A stretch of 64,000 nt of DNA from Candidatus Altiarchaeales archaeon (GTDB lineage Archaea; Altiarchaeota; Altiarchaeia; IMC4; SCGC-AAA252-I15): positions 160,001 through 224,000 of the forward strand of contig WJMO01000006.1 of NCBI GenBank assembly GCA_014727915.1, written 5' to 3'. The notes below the pieces were generated by a model. The model was not told where the DNA came from, did not search any database, and saw only the letters and a program-made list of their open reading frames with translations. This document shows, in pieces, positions 18,727 through 28,439 of the stretch; the stretch's first letter is position 1, and the number at the start of each line of letters is the position of its first letter. The position numbers and the translations under genes are program-made.

Positions 18727-19299
18727 ATGAGAATGTCCATTGTTTTGCTGGTTATTATGTCGGGTTGCCTCGGAGGCGGGCCCGACGTGGAGGCCGAGCC
18801 GACGACGACTACCATCACCCTGCCCGAGGACTGCGGTTTAGACGTTCCAGTCAGGCTGCAGATGGATGGGGACTGGTGCGGGGTGGCGGTATCCCAGATG
18901 ATCCTGGAATACTATGGGTTATACGCGGACCAGAAGACGCTCTCGGAGGAGATAGTCGGGGACCGTGGAGGCTCCTTAACGCATATGAAGGACGTGCTTG
19001 CAGGCTATGGGCTGGAGGTCGAGGAGAAGAACTATGGTTTGGAGGGTGTCAGCGAATTGGAGAAGGCAGTCTGCGGGGAGAGGTCGCCCGTAATCGTCTT
19101 GCAGAGGATGGGCTTCGAAAACCCGAACAGCCACTACAGGATCGTCGCAGGCTTCGACAGGAGATACGCTTATGTAATCGACCCATACTATGGGCGGGTG
19201 AGATTCACCAGGAACGAGTTCAGGGAGCTGTGGGAGTTCAACGACCCGAACAGGGTGGACAACACCGCCTTGATAGTCAGGGGAGGGGTGAGGGTTTGA
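18727..19299 (+). CDS. C39-like cysteine peptidase, lipoprotein-like
   Basis: SGC lipobox; QMDGDWCG, SHYRIVAGFD, IDPY. Confidence 0.85.
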   Translation: MRMSIVLLVIMSGCLGGGPDVEAEPTTTTITLPEDCGLDVPVRLQMDGDWCGVAVSQMILEYYGLYADQKTLSEEIVGDRGGSLTHMKDVLAGYGLEVEEKNYGLEGVSELEKAVCGERSPVIVLQRMGFENPNSHYRIVAGFDRRYAYVIDPYYGRVRFTRNEFRELWEFNDPNRVDNTALIVRGGVRV

Positions 19300-19808
19300 T
19301 GGAGTGTAGGGGGGCTCTGGTGTTGTTGATGGTTTTCAGCGGTTGCATCGGCGTAGAGGATGGGTTGCCGGAGGAATGCGGGTTGAAGATCGAATTCCAT
19401 GGCGTGGGTGATGCCGCCTTCGCCCGGGCAGTGTTGGAATACTACGGGATAAACAGGAGCTTGGAGGTGTTGGAAGGAGACCTAGCCATGGAAGCTGGAA
19501 CAGGCCGGTTAGACCGGATGAAGTCTCTGCTGAGGATGCACGGACTCCACGTTGAAGAGGGTAAGGCCATGGACTGGGAGGAGTTGGGCGTTCACGTCTG
19601 CGAAGAGGGCAATACAGCCATATTATTTCACAGAGAGGGAGAGACTTTCATGGCTGTCCTGGGTTTCGAAGGCGGCAGAGTATACGCCGAAGACCAGAGG
19701 GAGGGTCTGGTCAGGTTCACCAGGGATGAGTTCATGCTTTCAACATTGCAGGATGGTAAGTTGGTCGTTCATGGTAGGCTCTTGGAGGGTAAGCCACTCT
19801 GCATCTGA
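19299..19808 (+). CDS. Inactive C39-like paralogue
   Basis: TGATG overlap; shares LPE.CGL, LEYYG, VRFTR.EF with neighbour but lacks catalytic Q/C/H. Confidence 0.7.
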   Translation: MECRGALVLLMVFSGCIGVEDGLPEECGLKIEFHGVGDAAFARAVLEYYGINRSLEVLEGDLAMEAGTGRLDRMKSLLRMHGLHVEEGKAMDWEELGVHVCEEGNTAILFHREGETFMAVLGFEGGRVYAEDQREGLVRFTRDEFMLSTLQDGKLVVHGRLLEGKPLCI

Positions 19809-19841
19809 TCAGCGCCCCTCAACCAAAATGGCCTTTCAGAT

Positions 19842-21107
19842 TCACATTTCAGCTAGATGTCGGTGGGGGTGAACGCCCTCCTTCAACGTATCGTCTACCA
19901 GCGGCCCTAGCCTATTCATGTTCTCTGCAACCTGCCTCTTGAAGAAATGGAGTGAGGTGAAGGTGGTTAACAACGCGACAGAGACTATGAGGGAGAACAC
20001 GGACTCCCCCATCAGCCCCTGTTTCAACGCCACTACCGCGATTATCAGCTCTATGCCCCCGCGACTGTTCATCCCGTAGCCGACTGCCCGGATGGTCCCC
20101 TCCTTCAGCTTCACCATCTTCCCAGCCAGGTAGACGCCAGCGTATTTGCCGACTGCACCCAAGACCGTCAATCCAATAAGCAAGGGCATGTTCCTGAAGA
20201 TGTTCGCCAAGTCGAACCTCAACCCGACGGAGATGAAGAAGAAGGGTATTATGAAACCGAAGGTTATGGCGTCCAGGTTCCGTATTATCTCCCTGCCTTC
20301 CCTCCGCTTCTTCACGGTCTGGTTTATTATGAGACCTGCTATGAACGCGCCTATCAGCGAGCTCAACCCGAACACCTGGCTGAGGAAGGTGACGAGCAAT
20401 CCGAATATGAGGGATAAGGTAAGCATCTGGTTCTCGCCCCGGCGCCGCCACACAAGGCTGGCAATGTATGGGTAAACCCACAAGCCCACTACAACAGCTA
20501 TCAGGAAGAACGCTAGGTATTCTGCTGCGAGCTTCCCCGCGGCAGCGACCAGTGAGTCCACCGTCAGGTCGTCAACCTTCACAGCCACAAGTATAAGCGA
20601 CAACGCTACCACACCGAGTATGTCGTCGACCATGCCCGCGCCCACAATGACAGCCCCGTCCCTGGACTGTAGGAGGCCGTATTCCATCAGGATCTCCACA
20701 GCGATGGCCGCGGCTGTGACTGACATGCACAATGCAACGATCAGCGAGGTTGAAAAGCCCAGGCCGAACAGTGAGAGGAAAGTGAACGTCAGCGTCAGAG
20801 GGCATATGAAGGCTGAAAACCCCACTGCAAGGGAGGCGGTCGACATCTCCCTCAAACGCTCAAGGTCTATTTCGGTCCCGGCCAGCAGTATGAAGAACAC
20901 TATGCCCACCTCTGATAGGAACTCGAGCAAGGGCATGAAACCCTCAGGCAGCAGGAATGCGTTAACATATGGCAGGCCGATGAAGACTCCAGCGAGTATG
21001 TATCCGAGAACCCTGGGATACCTGAGCTTGTTGAAGAACTCGGAGAACAGGAATGATACCATCAGGCAGCCGGTGAAACCCACCAGCATCGGGCTCAAAG
21101 ACTCCAC
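19842..21107 (-). CDS. Cation:proton antiporter (CPA2)
   Basis: GYILAG, AGTEID, VDDILG, GAFIAG, PFFF, SRG motifs. Confidence 0.9.
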   Translation of the reverse strand: MESLSPMLVGFTGCLMVSFLFSEFFNKLRYPRVLGYILAGVFIGLPYVNAFLLPEGFMPLLEFLSEVGIVFFILLAGTEIDLERLREMSTASLAVGFSAFICPLTLTFTFLSLFGLGFSTSLIVALCMSVTAAAIAVEILMEYGLLQSRDGAVIVGAGMVDDILGVVALSLILVAVKVDDLTVDSLVAAAGKLAAEYLAFFLIAVVVGLWVYPYIASLVWRRRGENQMLTLSLIFGLLVTFLSQVFGLSSLIGAFIAGLIINQTVKKRREGREIIRNLDAITFGFIIPFFFISVGLRFDLANIFRNMPLLIGLTVLGAVGKYAGVYLAGKMVKLKEGTIRAVGYGMNSRGGIELIIAVVALKQGLMGESVFSLIVSVALLTTFTSLHFFKRQVAENMNRLGPLVDDTLKEGVHPHRHLAEM

Positions 21108-21143
21108 CTAAGAAAATCACAGGAGAAGAATAAAAGAGGAAGG

Positions 21144-21821
21144 TCAGACTATCTTCCCGTCGACTATCTGTATCTTCTGCCTGGCGTTCTTGGCTATCTT
21201 CGAGTCGTGGGTGACTATCACCAAGGTCTTGCCCTCTTCCTCGTTCAACCTCTTCAGCAGGCCCATGATTGTCTTCCCGGTATTCTGGTCCAGGTTCCCG
21301 GTGGGCTCGTCGGCGAGTATAATCTGGGGATCGTTAGCCAGGCTTCTAGCTACCGCGACCCTCTGCTGCTGTCCGCCGCTCAGCTCCGACGGCCTGTTGC
21401 CCGCCTTGTCGGAGAGGCCGACCAGCTCGATTATCTCCTCTACTTTACTATTCCGCACGGGTTTTGGTGTGCCCTTGAATCTCATGGGGAGTTCGATGTT
21501 CTCGGCTGCGCTCATCGTCGGGATGAGGTTGAACTGCTGGAAAACGAACCCCAGCTTCTCCCTCCTCAACCTGGCCTTCTGAACTCCGTTCAACCCGCTT
21601 ATGCCAACGTCCTCGATGTAGACCTCCCCCCGTGTGGGGGTGTCCAGGCAGCTTATCAGATTCAGCAAGGTGGATTTGCCAGAGCCTGAAGGTCCGATTA
21701 TGCTAGCGAACTCCCCCAACTCAATCGTCAAGTCCACTCCGTTCAATGCCCTGCATTCGTTAGGCTCGCCCTCGTTGTATATCTTGAACAAACCCACACA
21801 GCGTATTTCCCCGTTACTCAT
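21144..21821 (-). CDS. ABC ATPase, LolD/MacB type
   Basis: GPSGSGKS, LSGGQQQRVA, ADEPTGNLD, VTHD. Confidence 0.95.
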   Translation of the reverse strand: MSNGEIRCVGLFKIYNEGEPNECRALNGVDLTIELGEFASIIGPSGSGKSTLLNLISCLDTPTRGEVYIEDVGISGLNGVQKARLRREKLGFVFQQFNLIPTMSAAENIELPMRFKGTPKPVRNSKVEEIIELVGLSDKAGNRPSELSGGQQQRVAVARSLANDPQIILADEPTGNLDQNTGKTIMGLLKRLNEEEGKTLVIVTHDSKIAKNARQKIQIVDGKIV

Positions 21822-22983
21822 AGCGCAACACCTCTATAGGATCGAGCCTCGAAGCAGCCCATGCAGGATATAAGCCTGCCCCCATCCCTAGTATGAGGGA
21901 GAATGCGAATCCTATGGCGATGAGCTCAGGGCTTAATATGGGGGTGAATGACGTGTGGGATTTCACCAGTTCACTGGCTCCATATCCGAGCATGAACCCG
22001 ATGAACCCGCCTATGAGGCTCAACACCGCGGACTCCTCCAATACCTGCATGAGTATGTTGGTTGTGGTGGCGCCGATGGCCTTCATCACCCCAATCTCCC
22101 GCCTGCGTTCCATGACGCTCATGATCATCGTGTTCATTATGCCAATGCCACCCACGATAATGGACACAGCGCCGATGCCGTAGACTGCCATCGTTATGGT
22201 GCCCAACGTGCTCTCCAAGCTCCGGACCAACGTAATAGCAGAGAAAGCCCGGACCGTGTCGAACATGTCGCTTATCTCCTGTTGGATAGGTTCTACATTC
22301 TCGACCTCGTCCACCTTCACCTTTAACTGGGTTATCTTGTCGTCGTCTTCCAAATCCTGCATGGTTGAAAGGGGGACGAAAGCCGCCTCGTCAATTGTTG
22401 AGTCCCCGGTCTCCTCCAGGATGCCCACGACTTCGAAGTGGAAGCTATCGGTGGTGTCGTTCTCGACCCGCTGGTACTCTATCTCGTCGCCGACGTTGTA
22501 CAGTTGGTTGTAGGCGGTCGTGGATCCCAGGAGCACCACATACTGGAAGTCGTCTGATACATCAAGTTTACGACCGTCATCTGCGACTATGTTCTCGCCT
22601 ATCAGGTAGTCCTGGTCTTCAGGGTTCAAGGCCGTGAACTCCAGGGTGCTGGATGAGCCGCCCATCATCCGACCCATCATCCCCCCAAAGCCTCTGTGGC
22701 CCCCGCGGCTTATCCGGTATTCGCCGATTGCCACAACGTCCGTTACGCCTGTTATGTCCCGTATGTCCTGTATCATGTCCTCGGTTATACCGTCCTCGCT
22801 CTCGAAGTCGCGGACGTCGATGACGGCCGCCATGTCACCGAAGGAATCCTGTATCTGCTTGTTCAACCCCTCACCTATGGCTCCGAGGGTGAGTATCAAA
22901 CCTATGCCCATGGCTATGCCCAGCATGGTCAATATGCTGCGGGACTTCTGCCTGAAGACGTTCTTAAACGCGATGTCAAGCAT
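21814..22983 (-). CDS. ABC permease, MacB/FtsX type
   Basis: RSILTMLGI, GIMNTM..SVMERRREIGVMKAIGA, LDPIEVLRYE. Confidence 0.93.
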   Translation of the reverse strand: MLDIAFKNVFRQKSRSILTMLGIAMGIGLILTLGAIGEGLNKQIQDSFGDMAAVIDVRDFESEDGITEDMIQDIRDITGVTDVVAIGEYRISRGGHRGFGGMMGRMMGGSSSTLEFTALNPEDQDYLIGENIVADDGRKLDVSDDFQYVVLLGSTTAYNQLYNVGDEIEYQRVENDTTDSFHFEVVGILEETGDSTIDEAAFVPLSTMQDLEDDDKITQLKVKVDEVENVEPIQQEISDMFDTVRAFSAITLVRSLESTLGTITMAVYGIGAVSIIVGGIGIMNTMIMSVMERRREIGVMKAIGATTTNILMQVLEESAVLSLIGGFIGFMLGYGASELVKSHTSFTPILSPELIAIGFAFSLILGMGAGLYPAWAASRLDPIEVLRYE

Positions 22984-22984
22984 C

Positions 22985-24667
22985 TTACTTCTTCTTACGC
23001 CTCTTGTAGAGCTTGTAACCGCCAACAACCACAACCAAGACTATAACTGCCTTCATTAACAGGGCTGCCAGCCCAGAACCAGAATTCCTATTTGAAGAGC
23101 CCGTGAAAGAGGACATCGCAGTTGAAGAACCACCCCCAAGGTTGAAGGTTTCCACCTGGGTGACTCTCTCACCGTTCAATCCAGCATACTCCAACGTCAA
23201 AGTGAACGGGCCGGACACGGTAGTGTCGAAGGTGAAGGTCGTCTGCTTCGTAGGCTTGATGTCCGACTTGTAGGAGACAATCTCCTGGCTTCCGGTTTGA
23301 GCGTATGCGGAAGTCCCACTATCAGACGTTGATTGCCTGGCACCTCCGCTGGGCCGGACCATACCCCTGCCAGACAACATGGACACCGGATTAGACTGCC
23401 TCTGGCTCGCCCTGTTTTCCCAGGCCTCATCCGTGGACTGGGTGCTACGGTCAAACGTCCGGTTACCCAGGTCCGACGTCTTTACAGTGGCCTTGACTCC
23501 CTCCGCAGCCCGGGTGCCAATGTTAGCGACTTCTATGCGGAGCGAACCACGCTCCTGATCGACGTTTATCACCTCCAATATGACCTGCCCCGACACATCC
23601 AATCCGATGCTCTTCTCATCCGTGTACGAAGTGCCCCCGACCGTATAGTCTATCGTCAAGGGTATCGCATAGGTTTGAATCTCAGCATCCCATGAGATGG
23701 ATATCTCAAACTCTGTCTGCACATCCTCGCCGGACTCGACCGTGCCTATGTGCTTCTCCGCAGTGTCAACTGGGACGAAAGGCTCGGACAGTGTCAGGCT
23801 TGCCGTGACATCATCAGCGGCCGCAGCCCCATAGTTCTTCAAACCCATCTTCAATTCTACCGTCTCTCCCGGACCTGTCGGCTCGTAGCTGACGTTCAAA
23901 ACCTTGAAGTCAATGCCCGCACTCTCAACGTTCAAGCCGAAGGACATGTTTCTGGAGGCTGAAGTGCCGGACTCGTCCGTGTAGTCTATCTTCAAAGAGA
24001 CCATGCACGCCCCCTCAGCAGAAGGCTTTATCTGGTAGCCCAATGTGAAATCATCGCCTTCCTCAATGTCTCCTATGTACTTTCTGGATGAGCCTATAAC
24101 GGTGAGGCAGTCAGACGATAGCGTGGCTTCCAGGTCCTCCACCGAGGAGCGCAACGTACCTTCCAGGACCAGGTCTCCGAGCGTGTCCTTATAGTATGTG
24201 GTCTTCTCCGGGTTCAACTGGAAGAGTGGGTTACCGTATATCCGCAGGGGCACGTCCCATGTGGTGAGCAGGTTGTTCACCGAAGTCCCATCGTATTTGA
24301 AACCGTCATATGATATGCGAACGTTAATCGCTGTCAAACCCGTCTTCGCTCCCTCCTTTACCCTCACAACTACGGGCACGGTCTTGGACTGCTCCGGGTC
24401 GACCCTGCCTATGTAGAATTTCTTGTCGACACTCACGACACCAGTGCTTGGAATGTATACTTCAACGTCGTCAGCGCGAAACCCGCCAGTGTTCTCAATG
24501 GCAAGGTTGAGTATGCCACTGTCACCAGGCCTGAGATTAGAGTCATAGTATGTCGAGTCGAAGTCAACGACCACGTTAGTTGGTGAGGTCGTGCCTGCAG
24601 TAGCAGCCAAGACACCATCTGAAAAAATGCAAAGGAACACCATCAACAACAAAATCCTTTTCACCAT
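22985..24667 (-). CDS. COG1361-like S-layer-domain protein
   Basis: Signal peptide, repeated Ig-like PG....L..N.G...A units, C-terminal TM and basic tail; adjacent to the ABC genes. Confidence 0.8.
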   Translation of the reverse strand: MVKRILLLMVFLCIFSDGVLAATAGTTSPTNVVVDFDSTYYDSNLRPGDSGILNLAIENTGGFRADDVEVYIPSTGVVSVDKKFYIGRVDPEQSKTVPVVVRVKEGAKTGLTAINVRISYDGFKYDGTSVNNLLTTWDVPLRIYGNPLFQLNPEKTTYYKDTLGDLVLEGTLRSSVEDLEATLSSDCLTVIGSSRKYIGDIEEGDDFTLGYQIKPSAEGACMVSLKIDYTDESGTSASRNMSFGLNVESAGIDFKVLNVSYEPTGPGETVELKMGLKNYGAAAADDVTASLTLSEPFVPVDTAEKHIGTVESGEDVQTEFEISISWDAEIQTYAIPLTIDYTVGGTSYTDEKSIGLDVSGQVILEVINVDQERGSLRIEVANIGTRAAEGVKATVKTSDLGNRTFDRSTQSTDEAWENRASQRQSNPVSMLSGRGMVRPSGGARQSTSDSGTSAYAQTGSQEIVSYKSDIKPTKQTTFTFDTTVSGPFTLTLEYAGLNGERVTQVETFNLGGGSSTAMSSFTGSSNRNSGSGLAALLMKAVIVLVVVVGGYKLYKRRKKK

Positions 24668-24722
24668 ATTTTTTCACCTTATTATCCTGAATATCAAGAA
24701 TACACATCCTTAAATATAATAC

Positions 24723-24772
24723 TGAAACAGGGGATATCCCAGCGTGAAACACCTGTAGCAGAATGTGAAACA
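24723..24772 (-). promoter_or_regulatory. Triple TGAAACA direct repeat
   Basis: Copies at 24723, 24745, 24766 (+22,+21); minus-strand TATTTAAG 6 nt after the proximal copy. Confidence 0.7.
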
Positions 24773-24837
24773 TGGGTTTGGGAGGCTTCCCGGGTCGGAT
24801 TAGAGTGGGAAGCCTCCGTTGTGGTGGCTGCAGTGAG

Positions 24838-25347
24838 CTATTGTTTAGTTCCTGCCGGTTGGCCTTCTGCAAAAGGGCATCCACCGCCCCGCATACCCCT
24901 ACCAGGAAATCCACCCCCCATCTTCCCGGGGCATTTATCCGGGTTCTCCTGGCAGTAGGCATGGTGGGCCTCCATTATCTCCTCGTGTGTGGCGTCCTCG
25001 CCGAGGCCGAGCTTGGATAGCATCTCACTGTGCCTTTCCTCCATCTCCTGGTGGCGTTCCTCCATACGGGCCTTCACTGCAATATGGAACTCCCCTATCG
25101 TATCGTCCTCGGTCAGGCCGAGGTCGGATAGTCTCTTCTCCCACATGGCTTCTCTTATCTCTTCTCTCGTAGCATCTTCCGTAAGCCCGAGCTCCTCCAG
25201 GTTCACAGGCTCATGTCCTTTCATAAACCCGTGTCTGGAGAATCCCTTGCTTCCCCCTGCCGCTTCCGTTGCGTTGACGGCCACCACCAGTCCTAGGACC
25301 AGCAGTGCTGCCAAGCCAGCGGCAAACAGTTTGGTTTTACCATCCAC
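24838..25347 (-). CDS. Secreted helical protein with three LGL.ED.T repeats (Spy/CpxP/ZraP-like character)
   Basis: GAGGTGA SD, GTG start, signal peptide, His/Met/Glu-rich helices, G/M/R tail. Confidence 0.7.
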   Translation of the reverse strand: MDGKTKLFAAGLAALLVLGLVVAVNATEAAGGSKGFSRHGFMKGHEPVNLEELGLTEDATREEIREAMWEKRLSDLGLTEDDTIGEFHIAVKARMEERHQEMEERHSEMLSKLGLGEDATHEEIMEAHHAYCQENPDKCPGKMGGGFPGRGMRGGGCPFAEGQPAGTKQ

Positions 25348-25375
25348 TTTGGTTCACCTCGAAGGATTCATTGGA

Positions 25376-25425
25376 TGAAACAGGGCATAAGTTTGGATGA
25401 AACAGTTGTGGCAGAAGATGAAACA
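25376..25425 (-). promoter_or_regulatory. Triple GATGAAACA direct repeat
   Basis: TGAAACA at 25376, 25398, 25419 (+22,+21). Confidence 0.75.
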
Positions 25426-25430
25426 TGACT

Positions 25431-25841
25431 TTAAAGCTTCAGCTTGACGAGGTTGGTGTTTCCCAGGGGCTTCTTCTCAACGACACCCCGTTGCTCCAGC
25501 TTGGACAGGACCCTTGAGACCTTCACCTTGGATATTCCGGTCTCTGCAACGAGGTACATCTGCTCCATCTTGCCCTCCTTCAACAGCACCTCTATTATCT
25601 TCCGCTCCTCAGCGGGCAATACCTTCAGCATCGAGTAGGCCTGCCTCTGGGTCACCTTCCACTGGAACATTAGTATTATCAGAGCTCCAACACCCATGGA
25701 GACAGCTGTCACCCCGTAGACCACCACAGGCATGGACGAGCCGGTGTCTTCAATGTAGGACCCGTTAAGTATGGACAGTAGTATCCCCAAGCCGAACACT
25801 GACGTTAATGCTATCGCTAACCGCTTCTCCGAGACTTCCAT
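25431..25841 (-). CDS. Membrane-anchored winged-HTH regulator (2 TM)
   Basis: EQMYLVAETGISKVKVSRVLSKLEQRGVVEKKPLGNTNLV. Confidence 0.85.
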   Translation of the reverse strand: MEVSEKRLAIALTSVFGLGILLSILNGSYIEDTGSSMPVVVYGVTAVSMGVGALIILMFQWKVTQRQAYSMLKVLPAEERKIIEVLLKEGKMEQMYLVAETGISKVKVSRVLSKLEQRGVVEKKPLGNTNLVKLKL

Positions 25842-25844
25842 CTT

Positions 25845-26123
25845 CTATCCGCCTATGTCCTCCTTCATCTCAAGGTATGTTTTCTTGTCTATCTCCCCTG
25901 ACACATACCGTTTCTTCAGCACGTCCAATGGTGTTTCAACCCTGCGGGAGCCGCGTACAAGCCACCAGAATATGAGGGCAACGACCACCACTATGACGAG
26001 ATTCCACACCATGAAGGTCGGAACCAATCCGAATATGGGCTCACGACCCAGGAAAGGATGCGGCGCCCTGCATGTGGAGAACATTGCGGCCCTGCCGCCG
26101 AACTCGGCAAAAGTCTGGTTCAT
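25845..26123 (-). CDS. SHOCT-domain membrane protein
   Basis: TM then PLDVLKKRYVSGEIDKKTY; GAGGTGA SD. Confidence 0.8.
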   Translation of the reverse strand: MNQTFAEFGGRAAMFSTCRAPHPFLGREPIFGLVPTFMVWNLVIVVVVALIFWWLVRGSRRVETPLDVLKKRYVSGEIDKKTYLEMKEDIGG

Positions 26124-26169
26124 AAGAATATCACCTCAGTACTATACAACTAATAAGAATAAAAAAGGG

Positions 26170-26219
26170 TGAAACAGGCGATATCCAGGGTTGAAACAGC
26201 CGTATCAAAAAATGAAACA
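26170..26219 (-). promoter_or_regulatory. Triple TGAAACA direct repeat
   Basis: Copies at 26170, 26192, 26213 (+22,+21) in a divergent intergenic region. Confidence 0.7.
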
Positions 26220-26271
26220 CTGATAGGTTTTTATAGATTTGCAGTCAAATAAGAAGGCGTGGAGGTCACAT

Positions 26272-27060
26272 ATGGACTTCATAGTATTATCGGTTTCGGG
26301 TTTTTTGATAGGGGCTTTAGGCACGATAATAGGCTCGGGAGGGGGTTTTCTTGTAGTCCCACTGCTTCTCCTGCTAACCGACCTCTCACCCCAGGTTATC
26401 GCGGGGACCTCCTTGACAGTGGCTTTGTTCACATCCCTGTCGGGTTTTGTCGCATATCACAGGCAGAGGAAGATCGACTACCTTGTCGCGGGAGTATTTG
26501 TCCTAGCTCTGATACCGGCGACTTTCATCGGCGTGGAAGTAAACCAGAGGATAGAAGCGGACCAGTTCAGGATGATACTGGGGGTCCTGCTGGTGATGAT
26601 CTCAACCCTGCTATTCAAGAGGGTCAACATCCGGATACCGCATTATATCCCCTACCCCATCCACTATGACCGGGAGAAGACGGACAGCCAGGGAGTCACA
26701 TACAAGTATCACGTGAGCATGAGGAGGGGGGCGCTCATGAGCTTCGTTATCGGGGTGGTCTCGCCGGTTGTGGGCATCGGCGGAGGAGTCCTCAGGACGC
26801 CTGCGATGGTCGTTTTGGAAGGCATGCCAGCCCGTATCGCAGCGCCAACAAGCCAGGTAACGACGATATTCGGGGGTGCGATTGCAGTGGCGTTGTTCGC
26901 CATGAAATCCCAGATCAACATATCATATGCCATACCGCTTATAGTGGGGGTGATAGTGGGGGCGCAGGTTGGAGCCCTATTCTCAGAGAGATACGGGCTT
27001 ATGGTCCGGAAGATTACCTCAGCCGCCCTTTTCATAACTGGGCTCTGGCTGCTGCTGTAG
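26272..27060 (+). CDS. TauE/SafE family transporter
   Basis: GSGGGFLVVP, GTSL, GIGGG repeats; GGAGGT SD. Confidence 0.88.
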   Translation: MDFIVLSVSGFLIGALGTIIGSGGGFLVVPLLLLLTDLSPQVIAGTSLTVALFTSLSGFVAYHRQRKIDYLVAGVFVLALIPATFIGVEVNQRIEADQFRMILGVLLVMISTLLFKRVNIRIPHYIPYPIHYDREKTDSQGVTYKYHVSMRRGALMSFVIGVVSPVVGIGGGVLRTPAMVVLEGMPARIAAPTSQVTTIFGGAIAVALFAMKSQINISYAIPLIVGVIVGAQVGALFSERYGLMVRKITSAALFITGLWLLL

Positions 27061-27102
27061 GCTAGTGCTTTTTTTCGTGGGGTTGCATAATTATCCTCCA
27101 AG

Positions 27103-27795
27103 ATGAAAGCCTATAGGATTTTTTATCTCTCGGTTTTGGCTGTGGTGTTAGCTGCTGCCCTGCCGTCAATATTTAACCATGCCCTGTGGCTCATGGGAGG
27201 GGAGGGCCTGCCGAACATAATAGCCGGCAGGTGGGATCTGGTGGCTTTGAACGTGGCCTTCTTCACCTTCTTCCTCCTGCTCACAACCTACAAGAGGCAT
27301 GTCAACTGGCGTTCCCGTAACATCTACACCGCCTTCATAGTCGCGTTGTTCGCGGAGATGTACGGGTTCCCGTTGACCGCGTATTTCATCGCAAACCGGT
27401 TCGGGGTCGTGGACGTGGACTACCGACCCGCATACAATCTGACCTTCGATTTCCTGGGCGTCTGGTTCACCTTGCCCACGATGATGATCGCCGGCGCTGC
27501 GGTCACCGTATTCGGCCTCGCATTGATAGCGGCGGGGTGGTATCAGGTGTACAAGAGCGGGGGCGGGGTAGTCACCACCGGCTTGTACAGGTACTCCCGG
27601 CACCCCCAGTATGTGGGCATACTATTGGTCACCTTCGGGTGGATAATACACTGGCCCACGATCCCGACACTTGCCATGTGGCCGGTGCTGGCGGTTGTCT
27701 ACTACCGGCTGGCGAGGGAGGAGGAGGCGTGGGTCGAGAAACAAAACCCCAGAGAATTCAAGGAATACCGAGAAAAAACGCCCATGTTCATCTAG
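27103..27795 (+). CDS. ICMT/PEMT-family membrane methyltransferase
   Basis: EMYGFP, TTGLYRYSRHPQY, AREEE...Y...TPMF. Confidence 0.85.
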   Translation: MKAYRIFYLSVLAVVLAAALPSIFNHALWLMGGEGLPNIIAGRWDLVALNVAFFTFFLLLTTYKRHVNWRSRNIYTAFIVALFAEMYGFPLTAYFIANRFGVVDVDYRPAYNLTFDFLGVWFTLPTMMIAGAAVTVFGLALIAAGWYQVYKSGGGVVTTGLYRYSRHPQYVGILLVTFGWIIHWPTIPTLAMWPVLAVVYYRLAREEEAWVEKQNPREFKEYREKTPMFI

Positions 27796-27796
27796 G

Positions 27797-28006
27797 CTAT
27801 TTGATTTTGTGGATGCTGTTGTCGAGGGTGTATAGCTGGGCGAACCCGGGCTTCACATCCAACAACGCGATGCACGCGTTCTTCTGCTTTATGCCCTCCG
27901 CCCCCTCCAAGGGACAACCCTCCTAAAAGAGAAATACACCGGATTCAGACTCTTCGCAGCAGCACTGATCACAACCGGAACAATCCTGATATCCATAGCC
28001 AACTAA
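27797..28006. pseudogene. Deletion scar joining two divergent 3' gene ends
   Basis: Minus strand ...QKNACIALLDVKPG...DNSIHKIK* (His-phosphatase-like end); plus strand LKEKYTGFRLFAAALITTGTILISIAN* (EamA/DMT-like end); no starts. Confidence 0.45.
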
Positions 28007-28205
28007 AAAAAAAACAGAATAATTTGAACAAAAATACAAACAATTTATAAAATTTAGCCCCCGGAGCAGCCACCAACCACAACCAACAATAAGAGCCAAA
28101 TAGCATATGTGCTGGTTTTAGGCTAAAAAAGGCGTTAGGGACCAATAAATCAAAGGTTTAACATTCTTAAATAGTATTTAATTATCTTACATTCTTATAT
28201 CTTTT

Positions 28206-28439
28206 ATGATGAAAAAAACTCAATTTCCCCTTGTTATTGAAAAAGATGAGGATGGGTTCTATGTTGTAGAATGCCCAGTGTTGGAGGGGTGTTATTCTCA
28301 GGGTAAAACCTTGGATGAGGCGATGAAGAATATTCGGGAAGTCATTGAGATCTGTCTTGAGGAATCGTCCACTAAAGATTTTCTGAAAAACTATCACCCA
28401 GTAGAGTTTAGCTTCCATACTATTACTGTTGGTTCATGA
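28206..28439 (+). CDS. hicB: HicB-family antitoxin
   Basis: IEKDEDGFYVVECPVLEGCYSQGKTLDEAMKNIREVI. Confidence 0.9.
   Translation: MMKKTQFPLVIEKDEDGFYVVECPVLEGCYSQGKTLDEAMKNIREVIEICLEESSTKDFLKNYHPVEFSFHTITVGS

Noticed and set aside
18765-19298. First half of the 347-aa ORF
   Set aside because: Out-of-frame overlap with the C39 gene; real start is 19299
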